From a virus (taxonomy: Duplodnaviria; Caudoviricetes): 39,743 nt of DNA. How positions within the stretch are numbered: the first letter of the stretch is position 1; each line of letters starts with the position of its first letter. The translations under genes and the position numbers were made by a program. The stretch lies in the IMG/VR virus record IMGVR_UViG_3300037424_000096, positions 1 to 39,743 of that record; one strand, written 5' to 3'. The notes under the pieces were generated by a model, which did no database searches, had not been told where the DNA came from, and worked only from the letters and a program-made list of their open reading frames with translations. Below are positions 25,363 to 35,331 of this stretch, in pieces.

Positions 25363-27906
25363 TTAAGACTCGGTAAAGTAAGTTAAGTCACACATGATGT
25401 TGCTCTGTGGTGAAAGTTGTGGGAAATAAGAACCAGTACCATCAACGGTGTTATTACCAAGGTCTGCATTAGTTCCAAAATTATTCCAGATACCCACAGC
25501 GAGCCCTCCCAGCCCTGATAGCTTGGGAAACGGTAGCGAAAAATACGCAGAAGTCTTAGACGCGGTGCTGATTGACGTTGTGCTAGTAAACGTCGCAACC
25601 ACCCTTACCTGCCTGCCAATCTTGGTATAAAAGCCGGAATAGGTAGGAGTTCCTACAACTGTTGCTCCTGTGACTGTGGGAGTGTATGTTCCTTCTTCGT
25701 AATCGTCCAAAGTGTTCGCATCTGCGCTTGCATTCTGAGCGGCAGGAAATTTGATTTGCCCGGCAGCCGCGCCTGAAATGTCAATCAGCCCTGCCGGAGT
25801 GATGTTCGCACAGTCGATAGTTCCAGTTAACGTAGGCGAAGCCGACAGTACCACGTTGCCTGTGCCTGTGGTCGCCAACTGTTCAACATCGCCAGAACCC
25901 GCTGTCGAACGTCCTAAGACTTTGGCAGTGTCAACGTTTTGCATCTTCGCGAATGTGACAACATCATTATCAATTGTCCACGTCGCGCCGGATGCCGACA
26001 CGGTAATGTCGCCCTTATCGCCGTCAGCCAGAGAACCACTTGCTGCAACTTTCCACAAGGCGTTGCCTGTTGCCGTGTCCTTAGTCAGAACATACTCATT
26101 CGTCGCAGCCGACACTTGCGACAGAGCATCTATCGCCTCTTGTGCAGTGTCCTGACCAGTACCGCCATTTGCAATCGCCACAATGCCAGTCACGTTCACA
26201 GAAGTTCCACTCACCGACCCTGTTGCACTTCCGATGTTCGGAGTTGTAAACACAGGGCTGTTCACTCTCGCAAAAGCCCCTGTTCCGCTGCCAGTATATT
26301 CGGCACTTGTTAGGTGATAAAACTCGTTGGCAGTACCGCCCTGTAGTCCACTTAAATCATTATGTACGCTGACTGCCGATGATGAAAAGTGAGTGTCGTA
26401 AGCACTGTCAACCTGAACGAGTGTAGCCACGCCCTCCCGCACAATTATCCTGCCAATCAAGAACGAGTCACTCATTAACTCAGGGGGAATTGAAGCAGGG
26501 GGCTGTTCGTCTACAATGTCGGCTAACTGAGAATCCTGCGTCTGGCCGTAAATAATGTGAACGTCGCTGTCTACGCTCGAATAAACCCAACGATTAGTGT
26601 ATCTATTTGCCGATAGCGCAGCGAGTACCCCTGAGCCGTCATCGTATTGAGTGTTGTTTACTTGAGTTGCACCAGTAACGTGAGTCCATCCCCCTAGCCC
26701 GTCGCGATGGTATGTATGAAATTCACCCGAAACAGAAGTATCCAGCGCGGCTGTCGTAAATGAAACTAATCCGTGCCAAAATACCCCTTCGGAAATCGCT
26801 AAGTTCCGTGCGCCAGTCTCTCCTAGAATTGCTCCGCTGGCATGTGCATACGGCATGATTGCCTGCATCTGTTCAACCATGTGCGCAGCGTGATCTGCAA
26901 CCAAGTATCTGACAGCAGTGTTTATGTGCATTTCAGAATCGCCATAGAACACAACTGCTAGTTTTATTTTTGTATAGTGTTCAGTCGGCTCAACGGTAGA
27001 CACTGAAACAACAGGTGAGCCTGCGTTGTAGTCAATATAAATCCAGTTCGGCGTATCGGGAGTGATTGCAACAACAGAATCGGCAACCCAATCAAAGAAT
27101 TTGACTGTGGCAAGCTCCGATGCGGTTGCTCGAATTGTTCCAGTTCCAGCAGCAACTGCAACAGTGCCATCGCCGTTATCAGTAACCTCACCGCCGTCAA
27201 AATATCCTGACGAGTGGAACAGATTGTTCATTTCTTGTACAGTGCTGTATGTGGCGGAACCAATCTTTTCAAGTAGTACGGTACTCGCAGCCTGAGTGCC
27301 AGTGTGATTAGCCCTCGCCCTATCAGCAGAATGGAAGTGGAGCGCACTGTCGCCAGCATCCGTTAAGTCAGTCGCATTCGTTGCAGTTAGGTGGGTGTAA
27401 GTGGCTGAGTTCAGATTCCCAAGCGTAGCGTGATCTAAATTTCCGAATAGGATTTCTTCGACGTTTCCTGCTCCCGCGCTTTGCCTGCCAAGTAACACCC
27501 CTGTCGTCGTCAAATTTTGCAACTTGTCGTAAGTTACTGCGTCGTTGTCAATGTAACTCGTACTCACACTGTTAAGTTGAGCCAGTGCCCCGAGGCCAAG
27601 AGTCGCTCTAACTGTTGCCGCGTCCGCGTCATCAAGAATAGTTCTGGCAAATGCAGTGAAGTCAGTTAGTGCGGCAGCACTCGTGCTCGTGGTATAGGGC
27701 AATTTGTCAGCAGCCGGAACCAGCGGAGCAAGGGCGGATAGCATTTGCGTAGTGGGCTGAACAGTCTCACCTACATCAGCCACATTCACAAAATTTGAAG
27801 TCACTGCGCGCCAGAACGACCACAGGTATTCAATCAGTGCGGGATAATCTGATTGAGGGTCGCCGCTTAATCTAGGTGGGCGTAAGGGTTCGGTTCCGTG
27901 GCTCAT
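25363..27906 (-). CDS. Tail fibre protein
   Basis: Ala/Thr/Gly-rich, internal repeats (IDNDAVTYDKLQN / IDNDVVTFAKMQN), C-terminal LDDYEEGTYTP...YTKIGRQV tip domain. Confidence 0.85.
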   Translation of the reverse strand: MSHGTEPLRPPRLSGDPQSDYPALIEYLWSFWRAVTSNFVNVADVGETVQPTTQMLSALAPLVPAADKLPYTTSTSAAALTDFTAFARTILDDADAATVRATLGLGALAQLNSVSTSYIDNDAVTYDKLQNLTTTGVLLGRQSAGAGNVEEILFGNLDHATLGNLNSATYTHLTATNATDLTDAGDSALHFHSADRARANHTGTQAASTVLLEKIGSATYSTVQEMNNLFHSSGYFDGGEVTDNGDGTVAVAAGTGTIRATASELATVKFFDWVADSVVAITPDTPNWIYIDYNAGSPVVSVSTVEPTEHYTKIKLAVVFYGDSEMHINTAVRYLVADHAAHMVEQMQAIMPYAHASGAILGETGARNLAISEGVFWHGLVSFTTAALDTSVSGEFHTYHRDGLGGWTHVTGATQVNNTQYDDGSGVLAALSANRYTNRWVYSSVDSDVHIIYGQTQDSQLADIVDEQPPASIPPELMSDSFLIGRIIVREGVATLVQVDSAYDTHFSSSAVSVHNDLSGLQGGTANEFYHLTSAEYTGSGTGAFARVNSPVFTTPNIGSATGSVSGTSVNVTGIVAIANGGTGQDTAQEAIDALSQVSAATNEYVLTKDTATGNALWKVAASGSLADGDKGDITVSASGATWTIDNDVVTFAKMQNVDTAKVLGRSTAGSGDVEQLATTGTGNVVLSASPTLTGTIDCANITPAGLIDISGAAAGQIKFPAAQNASADANTLDDYEEGTYTPTVTGATVVGTPTYSGFYTKIGRQVRVVATFTSTTSISTASKTSAYFSLPFPKLSGLGGLAVGIWNNFGTNADLGNNTVDGTGSYFPQLSPQSNIMCDLTYFTES

Positions 27907-29300
27907 TTGATTGGTGTCAACTCAACTTTCATTTCGATTAGCTCAAACTCTTCAGCGTCAGTCATGTTCACCTCTATCTGAAAAGTATCAGCACAACCTA
28001 TCTGCCCGAATTCAATCCAAGCGTCAGTCTCTCCGTAACGGCCAAGCTGTCTGCGAATCCACTTCGTCCAGTATCTCCCGTTAATCAAGACACGCACTGA
28101 GATTTGTTTTCTGGCATCATTTGAATTTGTCAATCCGCGTTTCAGTCTAAGCCTCAAGTTATCAATTCTGACTGAGCCGAAGCCAGCGTTGCCAGAACGC
28201 CAGAGTACCCGTTGCAAGTCCGAGCCATTCTGGTAGACATCGGTTTTCAACTCGTAAATGCGCCCGTTGCCCCCGACAAAGTGCCTGCCCCAAAGCGTGT
28301 AAACACTTCTACCCGGCCAGCAGTTCGGCAGAGATAAATCAGCATCCCATCCAAACAAAGATACCCACTTACTCTGTCTGTAATCGTACAGTAGCGTGAT
28401 TCCTTTCGTTCCGTACACGTTCGTCGCTTCTGGCAACTGCAAGATGATGAACTTTTGCCCTGCAATCAAAATCGAAGAAGCCCACGCACCGTCAAAATTA
28501 TCCACAGGTTCAAGTACTCTGCCCCCGATGTCGTCACTGTTAGGCCGCGATACTTGGCCGGATGCCCTGACAAATTCCCGATTCTTGTTCAAACTCCACA
28601 ACGAGTTATCCGCAAAGGTCAGAACGTAGGGCGTATAAGCTCCTTCACCGATAGCCCACCTACGCTGGAATTGAGGGTCGCCAACAGCAGGCAGCTTTTC
28701 CCACTGCTCAATTGAATCGTCACCAGCCAGCATGATTTCACTGTACGGCGTAATCAGCAGTGAGTTCAATCTGTCCGGCCTAGCATCCGCTGCAAAAACA
28801 TCAATCGCGTCCCACGACCTGAAATCGTTAGCGGCACTGTGAAAGAACAGGCCAGTGTTCAATTCGATCGCCATCGCAAACCCGCCGATGTATCCAACGT
28901 GAGTTGAGAGAGGCGCGTCGTCACTGAGTATTTCTGTCTTTTCGGCAGCCAGCCTGACAATCGGCCCCCCTGCTGCCATCAGCAATTCGTTCGGTGTACT
29001 GTCGAACATGACCCTACCATTGCCCGACACTTGCACACCTGTCGCCTCTGTTGCAACACCTGACTTTGAAACTCTCCAAGTACGTGACCCGCACACTGCA
29101 ATCAAGTCACCTTGCCACTCGTGCAAATAAACGTTAGCTGTTCCAGACAGCGTGACAAAAGAGGCGAGTCCGGGAAATCTGCTGATTTCACCGAGTTCAT
29201 TCACATAAGCGTTTTCAAGAGCAGCACTGCCCCGAGTCAAGCAGGCTTCCTTGACGTTCAGGAACAACTTATCGAACGGTATGTTTTTGTCTTTTCCCAT
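27903..29300 (-). CDS. Tail nozzle/DNA stabilisation protein (P22 gp10-like)
   Basis: 465 aa beta-rich; N-terminal LENAY...RFPGL; C-terminal W...RQLGRYGE...FGQIG; position. Confidence 0.8.
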   Translation of the reverse strand: MGKDKNIPFDKLFLNVKEACLTRGSAALENAYVNELGEISRFPGLASFVTLSGTANVYLHEWQGDLIAVCGSRTWRVSKSGVATEATGVQVSGNGRVMFDSTPNELLMAAGGPIVRLAAEKTEILSDDAPLSTHVGYIGGFAMAIELNTGLFFHSAANDFRSWDAIDVFAADARPDRLNSLLITPYSEIMLAGDDSIEQWEKLPAVGDPQFQRRWAIGEGAYTPYVLTFADNSLWSLNKNREFVRASGQVSRPNSDDIGGRVLEPVDNFDGAWASSILIAGQKFIILQLPEATNVYGTKGITLLYDYRQSKWVSLFGWDADLSLPNCWPGRSVYTLWGRHFVGGNGRIYELKTDVYQNGSDLQRVLWRSGNAGFGSVRIDNLRLRLKRGLTNSNDARKQISVRVLINGRYWTKWIRRQLGRYGETDAWIEFGQIGCADTFQIEVNMTDAEEFELIEMKVELTPIK

Positions 29301-29301
29301 G

Positions 29302-31164
29302 TCAATTAGTCGTGCTTGTTACGTTTACTGTCCAGTCAATCGTGTCTCCGGTGTCGCCAGTTACGTTTACTTGGACATTCCCGCTACTCACGGCAAAGTC
29401 CGAAGCGTACCCTGCAACCGTCTCAACGGCAGCCTCAATCGAAGTTGTGCTTCCCAACAGCACTGCATTCTGAGGTGTCAGCACACCGTCGCAAGTTGCC
29501 GCGCCAGTGGCAGTATCTTCGAGAGGCTCGTTATCCAAAAACACCCCCACGATTTCTTTCAGAACCAACGTTCCCGTTAAGCCTGCGTCAGTATCTCCGA
29601 TGATTCTAGCCAACGCGCCACTCGTCTGACCGACAAGAATTTGTCCAAGAGTAAAGTTGCCTGTCTGAGCCTTGTACGCCAACGTCGAACCCGGACGGTG
29701 CGCAGCACGACCAATATGGTACATGCCGTAATCCGTGCCGTTGCGCTGAACGCCGATCACCTTGGCTTCAAGCCACGCTTTTTGTCCCGGCAGCAGGGTA
29801 ATTTCCCAAGCCTTCAACGCTACCGCATCTGTCGTAGTTACCAGAGAACCGGGTGCATCGCCTAGTTCAGTGTACTGCCTTGTCAGTCTGGTTCCTTGGC
29901 CTGACAAGGTGACATCGGAATCTTCGATACAATCCTTGAATACGATATTTCCGCTGAGGTTAGTGAATGTAAAGTCTACATCAGAAATGTTCACCCGCTC
30001 AAAAACAACGTCAACACACGAACCATCAAAGGTTACTGCACCTCCTACAATCGAGCCGCCTACCATGTGGAACGATAGAATCGTGTTATCCGTCACGCTG
30101 GTATCGCTGTCGTCTGCAATTGCTATGTTTGTCGTATTTCCTGAAAAATTACAATCAGTCAACGTCACGAATCTCGCGCCATTCAGGGATAACGCTGTCC
30201 CGGTGTTATCGGAAAATTCAACATTGTGAATGCTAACATGACTTACCACCTTGTCCTCATAGGAGAGCAATACGCCAGTTGTGGTACAGTTTGATACCTT
30301 CCCACCAAACCACGAGTTCTGTGTCCACAAGTCCCCGCCTGAGCCGTCCAAGTCGCCTCTGAAGTCTCCACCGACTCCACAGGAATCAATGTAAAGTTCG
30401 TTCCAGTTGGCGTTACGCCCACCAAGTTGTTTGATGCCAGTCGCGAGTCGCTTAACCAGCACGTCCTGCAAATGTGTTTCGTTTTCAGCCTTGGAATAAA
30501 TGCCGATGCTACTGGCCGAATTTACAACGCCGTCAACGACTACATTTTCCAAGCCGCTCCCTGTACCGAGAGTAATTGCTTTGTCTGCGACTTGGCTTTG
30601 CAGCACAGTTGGTGTGCCGCTACGCCCTCTGCCTTTCAAAATTACAGCGTCAGGAACAGTGATTTGATTAAATGGAATTGCGTTGTCGTCAGGTAGGTGT
30701 GCATATCCACCGCCAGCAGCAGCAGGTCTACCCATTGCAGTTGTGATTGTCGCACTGTTTGTCGCCGCACTAACGTCAAGTAAGGCAGTATCTTCAACGT
30801 AAAATTCACGCGCAGTCAAGTCGCTCAAAGTTGCCGCAACTCCACCACCTGTCGGAATAACCGTAGCCGCACCTGCATTCTCACCACTAAGGGAGGTAAT
30901 CGGAATGCGGATGATGCCAGTCTGGTCGAGCGACACAATGTCAAGCTCATAGGCTTCGCCGATATAAACTGGAACGGCAAATTTCCCGTAGATCACTTCG
31001 TCCAGAGTTAACGAGGCGAGAGTCTGTGGATTGTCTGCGCCTGCCGTCAACGCTTCATCGGTGTAAATTGAAGCCAGCGTAGTTGTTCCGGCCAAATACA
31101 CATTTACCGTCGCACCACCGTATCCTGCGCGCCACGTATCAAACTCTGCAATTCTAGCTGACAT
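29302..31164 (-). CDS. Tailspike-like beta-helix protein with shared N-terminal anchor domain
   Basis: YGGATVNVYLAGTTTLASIY...NPQTL...GKFAVPVY; NSATITTAM...VILKGRG beta-helix start. Confidence 0.75.
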   Translation of the reverse strand: MSARIAEFDTWRAGYGGATVNVYLAGTTTLASIYTDEALTAGADNPQTLASLTLDEVIYGKFAVPVYIGEAYELDIVSLDQTGIIRIPITSLSGENAGAATVIPTGGGVAATLSDLTAREFYVEDTALLDVSAATNSATITTAMGRPAAAGGGYAHLPDDNAIPFNQITVPDAVILKGRGRSGTPTVLQSQVADKAITLGTGSGLENVVVDGVVNSASSIGIYSKAENETHLQDVLVKRLATGIKQLGGRNANWNELYIDSCGVGGDFRGDLDGSGGDLWTQNSWFGGKVSNCTTTGVLLSYEDKVVSHVSIHNVEFSDNTGTALSLNGARFVTLTDCNFSGNTTNIAIADDSDTSVTDNTILSFHMVGGSIVGGAVTFDGSCVDVVFERVNISDVDFTFTNLSGNIVFKDCIEDSDVTLSGQGTRLTRQYTELGDAPGSLVTTTDAVALKAWEITLLPGQKAWLEAKVIGVQRNGTDYGMYHIGRAAHRPGSTLAYKAQTGNFTLGQILVGQTSGALARIIGDTDAGLTGTLVLKEIVGVFLDNEPLEDTATGAATCDGVLTPQNAVLLGSTTSIEAAVETVAGYASDFAVSSGNVQVNVTGDTGDTIDWTVNVTSTTN

Positions 31165-31175
31165 TTAATTCTCCC

Positions 31176-31595
31176 TCATTTCAATAACGCTGCTTCAACA
31201 TTTCTACGAATCACAAGGCCCGGTAGAATTTTTCCTCCACCACGTACCCATTTCGCCAACTCAATTCTCGCTCCGTCCAAATCGCCTGAATTTATTTTGC
31301 GCCTAAGCGTTGAGGCAGCAAGCCGGGTAACCCCGAGATTATAAGCAAAGTCACCTATCGCGGCCAGTGAATCACCACGCAGTGACGGACACAACTTTGC
31401 GGCTGCCCGTTCGTAGTACTCCGCGTCGTCCGACATTCGCTGCTCAGCGTAGTCTACAGTCCACTTTACCCCTGCAACAACGTCCTTACCAGTGCTGCCG
31501 TATCCGCATGTCCAAACCCCAGCAGGGCACTGATACGCGCTGAGCCTCAAGCCTTCAAATCTTCGTATCAAGCCCTTCAAAGTTTCGGAAGCCAT
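31176..31595 (-). CDS. Endolysin, GH24 lysozyme
   Basis: FEGLRLSAYQCPAGVWTCGYG (E-x8-C-x5-T), FAYNLG, GLVIRRNVE; no SAR segment. Confidence 0.93.
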   Translation of the reverse strand: MASETLKGLIRRFEGLRLSAYQCPAGVWTCGYGSTGKDVVAGVKWTVDYAEQRMSDDAEYYERAAAKLCPSLRGDSLAAIGDFAYNLGVTRLAASTLRRKINSGDLDGARIELAKWVRGGGKILPGLVIRRNVEAALLK

Positions 31596-32083
31596 TATCG
31601 TCCGTTATCCTTGCGAATTGACCTGTCAACAAACCAGAATCCGAGAATCATCGAAAGGATGCCCCAATCTTGAGGTGTCCACATGACTACGACAAATTCT
31701 GCGAGTGTCGGAACCGTAGCCGCCACAATGACCAGTGTAGCAATCTTGTATACGGTAAACAGAATCAACCACCAGTATGTCACCACAGGGCGAACAGACT
31801 GATTAAGGGCATCAACCCATTTAACGCCGCTCATTTGGCCTTGGCCTTTGATTGCCTCAATGTAGGCAAGCAATGTCTTGTCCTTTTCGGATGCGTCACC
31901 TTGTGCATGTATCTTGTCAAGGTCAGCGGCAGCACGTGCAGCGTCGATCTTCACTTGTAATTGAGTCATGCGGTACTCGTGGTCAGCATCCTTCTTGTCT
32001 CCGAACAATTTAAGCACGGCAGGCAGCAAGCGCATCAAACCTCCGAGTCCACCACCGAGCAAAGTAAGTATCAGTTCGAGCAT
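31595..32083 (-). CDS. Holin-like membrane protein (3TM/GTA-holin-like)
   Basis: N-terminal hydrophobic helix, NQSVRPVVTY, further TM segments, GFWFVDRS; adjacent to endolysin. Confidence 0.7.
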   Translation of the reverse strand: MLELILTLLGGGLGGLMRLLPAVLKLFGDKKDADHEYRMTQLQVKIDAARAAADLDKIHAQGDASEKDKTLLAYIEAIKGQGQMSGVKWVDALNQSVRPVVTYWWLILFTVYKIATLVIVAATVPTLAEFVVVMWTPQDWGILSMILGFWFVDRSIRKDNGR

Positions 32084-32084
32084 T

Positions 32085-32303
32085 TTATTCTCTCCTTGTC
32101 AAAAATTTCTTCAGCCCCATGCCAAAAGGTGTCGCATTAAAAGGCAGTCCCAATATCATTTCGTAAATGCGAAGGGCTGTCCAGACTATCGTAAACAATG
32201 CTGCAATCGGCGGAAGTGCTGCCACTACGGTTGCAACCGCCGTACCTGCCGCGCTTGCGTCAACTAGGTGTTTTGTGATTTCAACCGTTTCGCTGTAACT
32301 CAT
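32085..32303 (-). CDS. Small holin-like membrane protein
   Basis: GGAG RBS then ATG 32303; LPPIAALFTIVWTALRIYE; basic C-terminus. Confidence 0.65.
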   Translation of the reverse strand: MSYSETVEITKHLVDASAAGTAVATVVAALPPIAALFTIVWTALRIYEMILGLPFNATPFGMGLKKFLTRRE

Positions 32304-32314
32304 TCTGCTCTCCG

Positions 32315-34255
32315 TTAAATGTCCAGCCTCCAAGAAAATAACAAACCACCTGCCGGAGCAGCGGTATCGGTAACTACGTCAAAAGTTGTGGCCGTGATAT
32401 TATCTATCCACTGGCGGTTAGTGGCCCAATCGTTCGTCTTAGCGATTATGATTTCTTCAGGTCTCGGTGTCTTAAAAGCTAAGTGGCTAATCGTTGTTGA
32501 AGTAGAACCGAATACGATTGAACTCGTCGGGCCTTTATACCACGACAGCCTGACAGTCGCCCCCGCAGATAGCGTGACATCGTAACTGTTCGTCTGAAGA
32601 AGTGAACCCGTATCTGTAACTGGTGTGCCTGAGTTAGAGTTCGCATAAATTTTGAAACTTGACAATGCACTCAAGCCGCTGTTAAGCCACGCCGTGTCAA
32701 ATTCGTGAGCGATGATACTGTAGTTACAGTTTGCGCCTGTGCCGCTCTCGAACGAAACACCGCCAGTAACATCGAAATCTAAAATGCTCAGATTTGCATA
32801 AACGTGGTTTCCGCTAGACTTGAACCCAGTGCGATTAGCAACTGTGAGTCCCGCGTCAGTAATCGTCCCCCCTTCAAACCTGTTGCCCGGCCCTGTGTTA
32901 TACAACCCGCCGATGCTTTCACCAGCTTCGCGGCAAGCAATTAACAAATCGCCGATTGTAGTTCTAACAGCCTCGGAACGAACTTCATAAACGTCGCCGG
33001 GATTTCCTTGTCCGTTGTTGTACGCCTCAAGCATGGCGATTTCACTGTACCATGACCCAACCCATTCGCCAGTTGGATGCTGTCCCTCAAAGTAAACGCC
33101 CTCCTTCACATTCGATTCACCGATAATATGGCCTCCCTTTAGCTGGCATCTTATCGTGATTCCTCTGGCAGTGTTAGCGTAACTATGAACCACACCCGAA
33201 ACGTCTGTAGCACCCTGATATGCGCCCGACTTAGCGTCAAAAATAACTCCATCGCACGGAGACTGTTGCCCCGCCTGCGAAACGAAAATGTCGCCGATAG
33301 GTTGGTCATGCGGCCCCCTGTAAATCACGCCCTCTTGCCCTGCCTTATAAACAGACAGTTTGCCTATACGTCCCTCGGGCATATCAAATTCGGATTCTTG
33401 TCCACCGACAAAGGCGCATTCTGAATAAAATCCAACTCCGAATGTGTCCACGATTTTCAGGTCATCACCAACACTGTAGCCTTTGCCATAAAATGCTACT
33501 CCGCCTGCGACAGTCTGGCCTGCTGAATTTCCGTCAAGGGTCATCTTGTCTACCCCGAACCCGTAAGGAACACCGTCTGCTACATGCCACAGGTTTGAGC
33601 CAGTGAGCGTAGCAAAGTCAACTGTTTCAAGAATGTTTGAATTAGCTCCATCCAACAAATAAATTCGAGTTGCGGAACTACCCTGTCCCAAGAGAATCAC
33701 ACCCGTCTTTAATACGAGCGCGTCACCGACTGCGTAAGTTTTTGCCCCGAATAAGACTTCGCCTCCTCCTGCCACAAACTTCGCATCAATTGCAGCTTGA
33801 ATCGCGGCACGGTCATCCGTCGCGCCGCCCCCAACCGCTCCGAAATCTTCAACCGAAAAGTTTTCCCTCAACTTACTTTGTACCGTGCGCAGCACCGCAG
33901 ATACGCCTGCTTGGATAAAGCCTATCAAAGCTGAACCAGTGGATAACGCGAATGACGTGAGAACATCAGCGATTGAATCGGCAGACAGGACAGCGTTAAT
34001 CACACCAGTCTCATGTTCGGGAATAGTCAGTCCACTCACCACAGCTATCACAGGCGCGTCAACATAGGCTGGCTGGAACAGCCTCCCGTTATTGTCAAGC
34101 GTCTGCGGATTAGCGAGAGTTGCTGAACCTGTAATCCCCGCGTAAACGGCAGCCTTCGTCGTAGTTTTCACCCCCGAGGATACGGTGTAAAACGTAACCG
34201 TGGCCCCCCTGTAAAGAGAGTTTGACAGCGAGAAGTCTGAGATTCCGTTGCGCAT
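32315..34255 (-). CDS. Tailspike/depolymerase (pectate-lyase-like beta-helix) with shared anchor domain
   Basis: RTVQSKLRENFSVEDFGAVGGGATDDRAAIQAAID...GGEVLF; start moved to ATG 34255. Confidence 0.88.
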   Translation of the reverse strand: MRNGISDFSLSNSLYRGATVTFYTVSSGVKTTTKAAVYAGITGSATLANPQTLDNNGRLFQPAYVDAPVIAVVSGLTIPEHETGVINAVLSADSIADVLTSFALSTGSALIGFIQAGVSAVLRTVQSKLRENFSVEDFGAVGGGATDDRAAIQAAIDAKFVAGGGEVLFGAKTYAVGDALVLKTGVILLGQGSSATRIYLLDGANSNILETVDFATLTGSNLWHVADGVPYGFGVDKMTLDGNSAGQTVAGGVAFYGKGYSVGDDLKIVDTFGVGFYSECAFVGGQESEFDMPEGRIGKLSVYKAGQEGVIYRGPHDQPIGDIFVSQAGQQSPCDGVIFDAKSGAYQGATDVSGVVHSYANTARGITIRCQLKGGHIIGESNVKEGVYFEGQHPTGEWVGSWYSEIAMLEAYNNGQGNPGDVYEVRSEAVRTTIGDLLIACREAGESIGGLYNTGPGNRFEGGTITDAGLTVANRTGFKSSGNHVYANLSILDFDVTGGVSFESGTGANCNYSIIAHEFDTAWLNSGLSALSSFKIYANSNSGTPVTDTGSLLQTNSYDVTLSAGATVRLSWYKGPTSSIVFGSTSTTISHLAFKTPRPEEIIIAKTNDWATNRQWIDNITATTFDVVTDTAAPAGGLLFSWRLDI

Positions 34256-34257
34256 TA

Positions 34258-35331
34258 TCAAAGTTCCTCGTACAGCCCGGAGTTATATCCAACGGGAGGT
34301 GTGTATGTGAACGGGGAGGCTCCAAAATTAGAGGTTGTCACGTATGTTTCAGGGGCATTATTTGACACGCCTATCGCGGCGTATATTGTGCCTGACAAAC
34401 CACTATATGCAGTGCCTAAGCTAACCCCGTTCTTGTAGTAAACTAATGTGCCTGTGTCCATGTCCAGTGCAACGCCAATAACGTCGCCCTGTACGTGAGC
34501 CTCACCGTAGGCAGTTCTCGTGCCGAATCCGTTGTATTTATATCCAGCTTGAGGCGGGTCATTTTCTGAATCGTAACTCCACCCCTTTACATCAAATCCT
34601 AACGGAAACGCTAGATTAGCTGTAGCCAAAGCTACTCCCATGAACACGCCTGTTTCCTGCGTGTCTACAAAAGTGGTAAGTGTGTTCTCCCAATACCATT
34701 TGCCAGAGGCTTTGCCTATCGTGCTGCGCGCTGTACCGTTTCCAGAGGTCGCACACGTTGCAATTAGATTTCCGCCAGATAAAGCGACTTGCGCATCCTT
34801 GTCTGCCGGATTCCACGTAGCATACGCGATGGAAGGTTCAGGCACAGGGACAAAAGAGAGTGACCAATGCGAGGGGCTATCAGGAGGGTTGTTAGCACTG
34901 TTCTCGTCGATGGCCCAATAGCTGATATGCCTGAAAGTAACTTCGTCACCGATTGAATAGACCGTATCAGTGTCCCACGTCGTGCCGTCAGCGTCATACC
35001 AATTACCAGTCGTATCAGTGGTTCCTGCGATACCAGCTACTTCACTTTCGTCAGGTGTATCGTTGACATCGCCCGTTGAATGGTCTTGCACAGTCATCCC
35101 TACAACTACAGCGAACACTGGCGAAGCGACATACACAGGCTGAAAGAATTTGCCGTCATCATCAAGGTACTGTGGGTTTTTCAGCTTATCAGAACCCCCT
35201 GTTGAACCGTATAGAATAGCTTTTGTTGCAGTTTTTTCTCCACCCGACTCGGTGTAAAAAAATACCTGCATCCCACTGTAAATAGGGTTTGGCAACTCAA
35301 AGTCTGTTAGATTGTAACGTGGAGTAGTCAT
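34258..35331 (-). CDS. Virion appendage: anchor domain + CBM5/12-like motif + SPRY/B30.2 domain
   Basis: WDTDTVYSIGDEVTF; LSGGNL..GKWYWE..GDVIGVALDMDTG..YYKNG..NFG..PF; ATG 35331 overlaps the upstream stop. Confidence 0.85.
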   Translation of the reverse strand: MTTPRYNLTDFELPNPIYSGMQVFFYTESGGEKTATKAILYGSTGGSDKLKNPQYLDDDGKFFQPVYVASPVFAVVVGMTVQDHSTGDVNDTPDESEVAGIAGTTDTTGNWYDADGTTWDTDTVYSIGDEVTFRHISYWAIDENSANNPPDSPSHWSLSFVPVPEPSIAYATWNPADKDAQVALSGGNLIATCATSGNGTARSTIGKASGKWYWENTLTTFVDTQETGVFMGVALATANLAFPLGFDVKGWSYDSENDPPQAGYKYNGFGTRTAYGEAHVQGDVIGVALDMDTGTLVYYKNGVSLGTAYSGLSGTIYAAIGVSNNAPETYVTTSNFGASPFTYTPPVGYNSGLYEEL

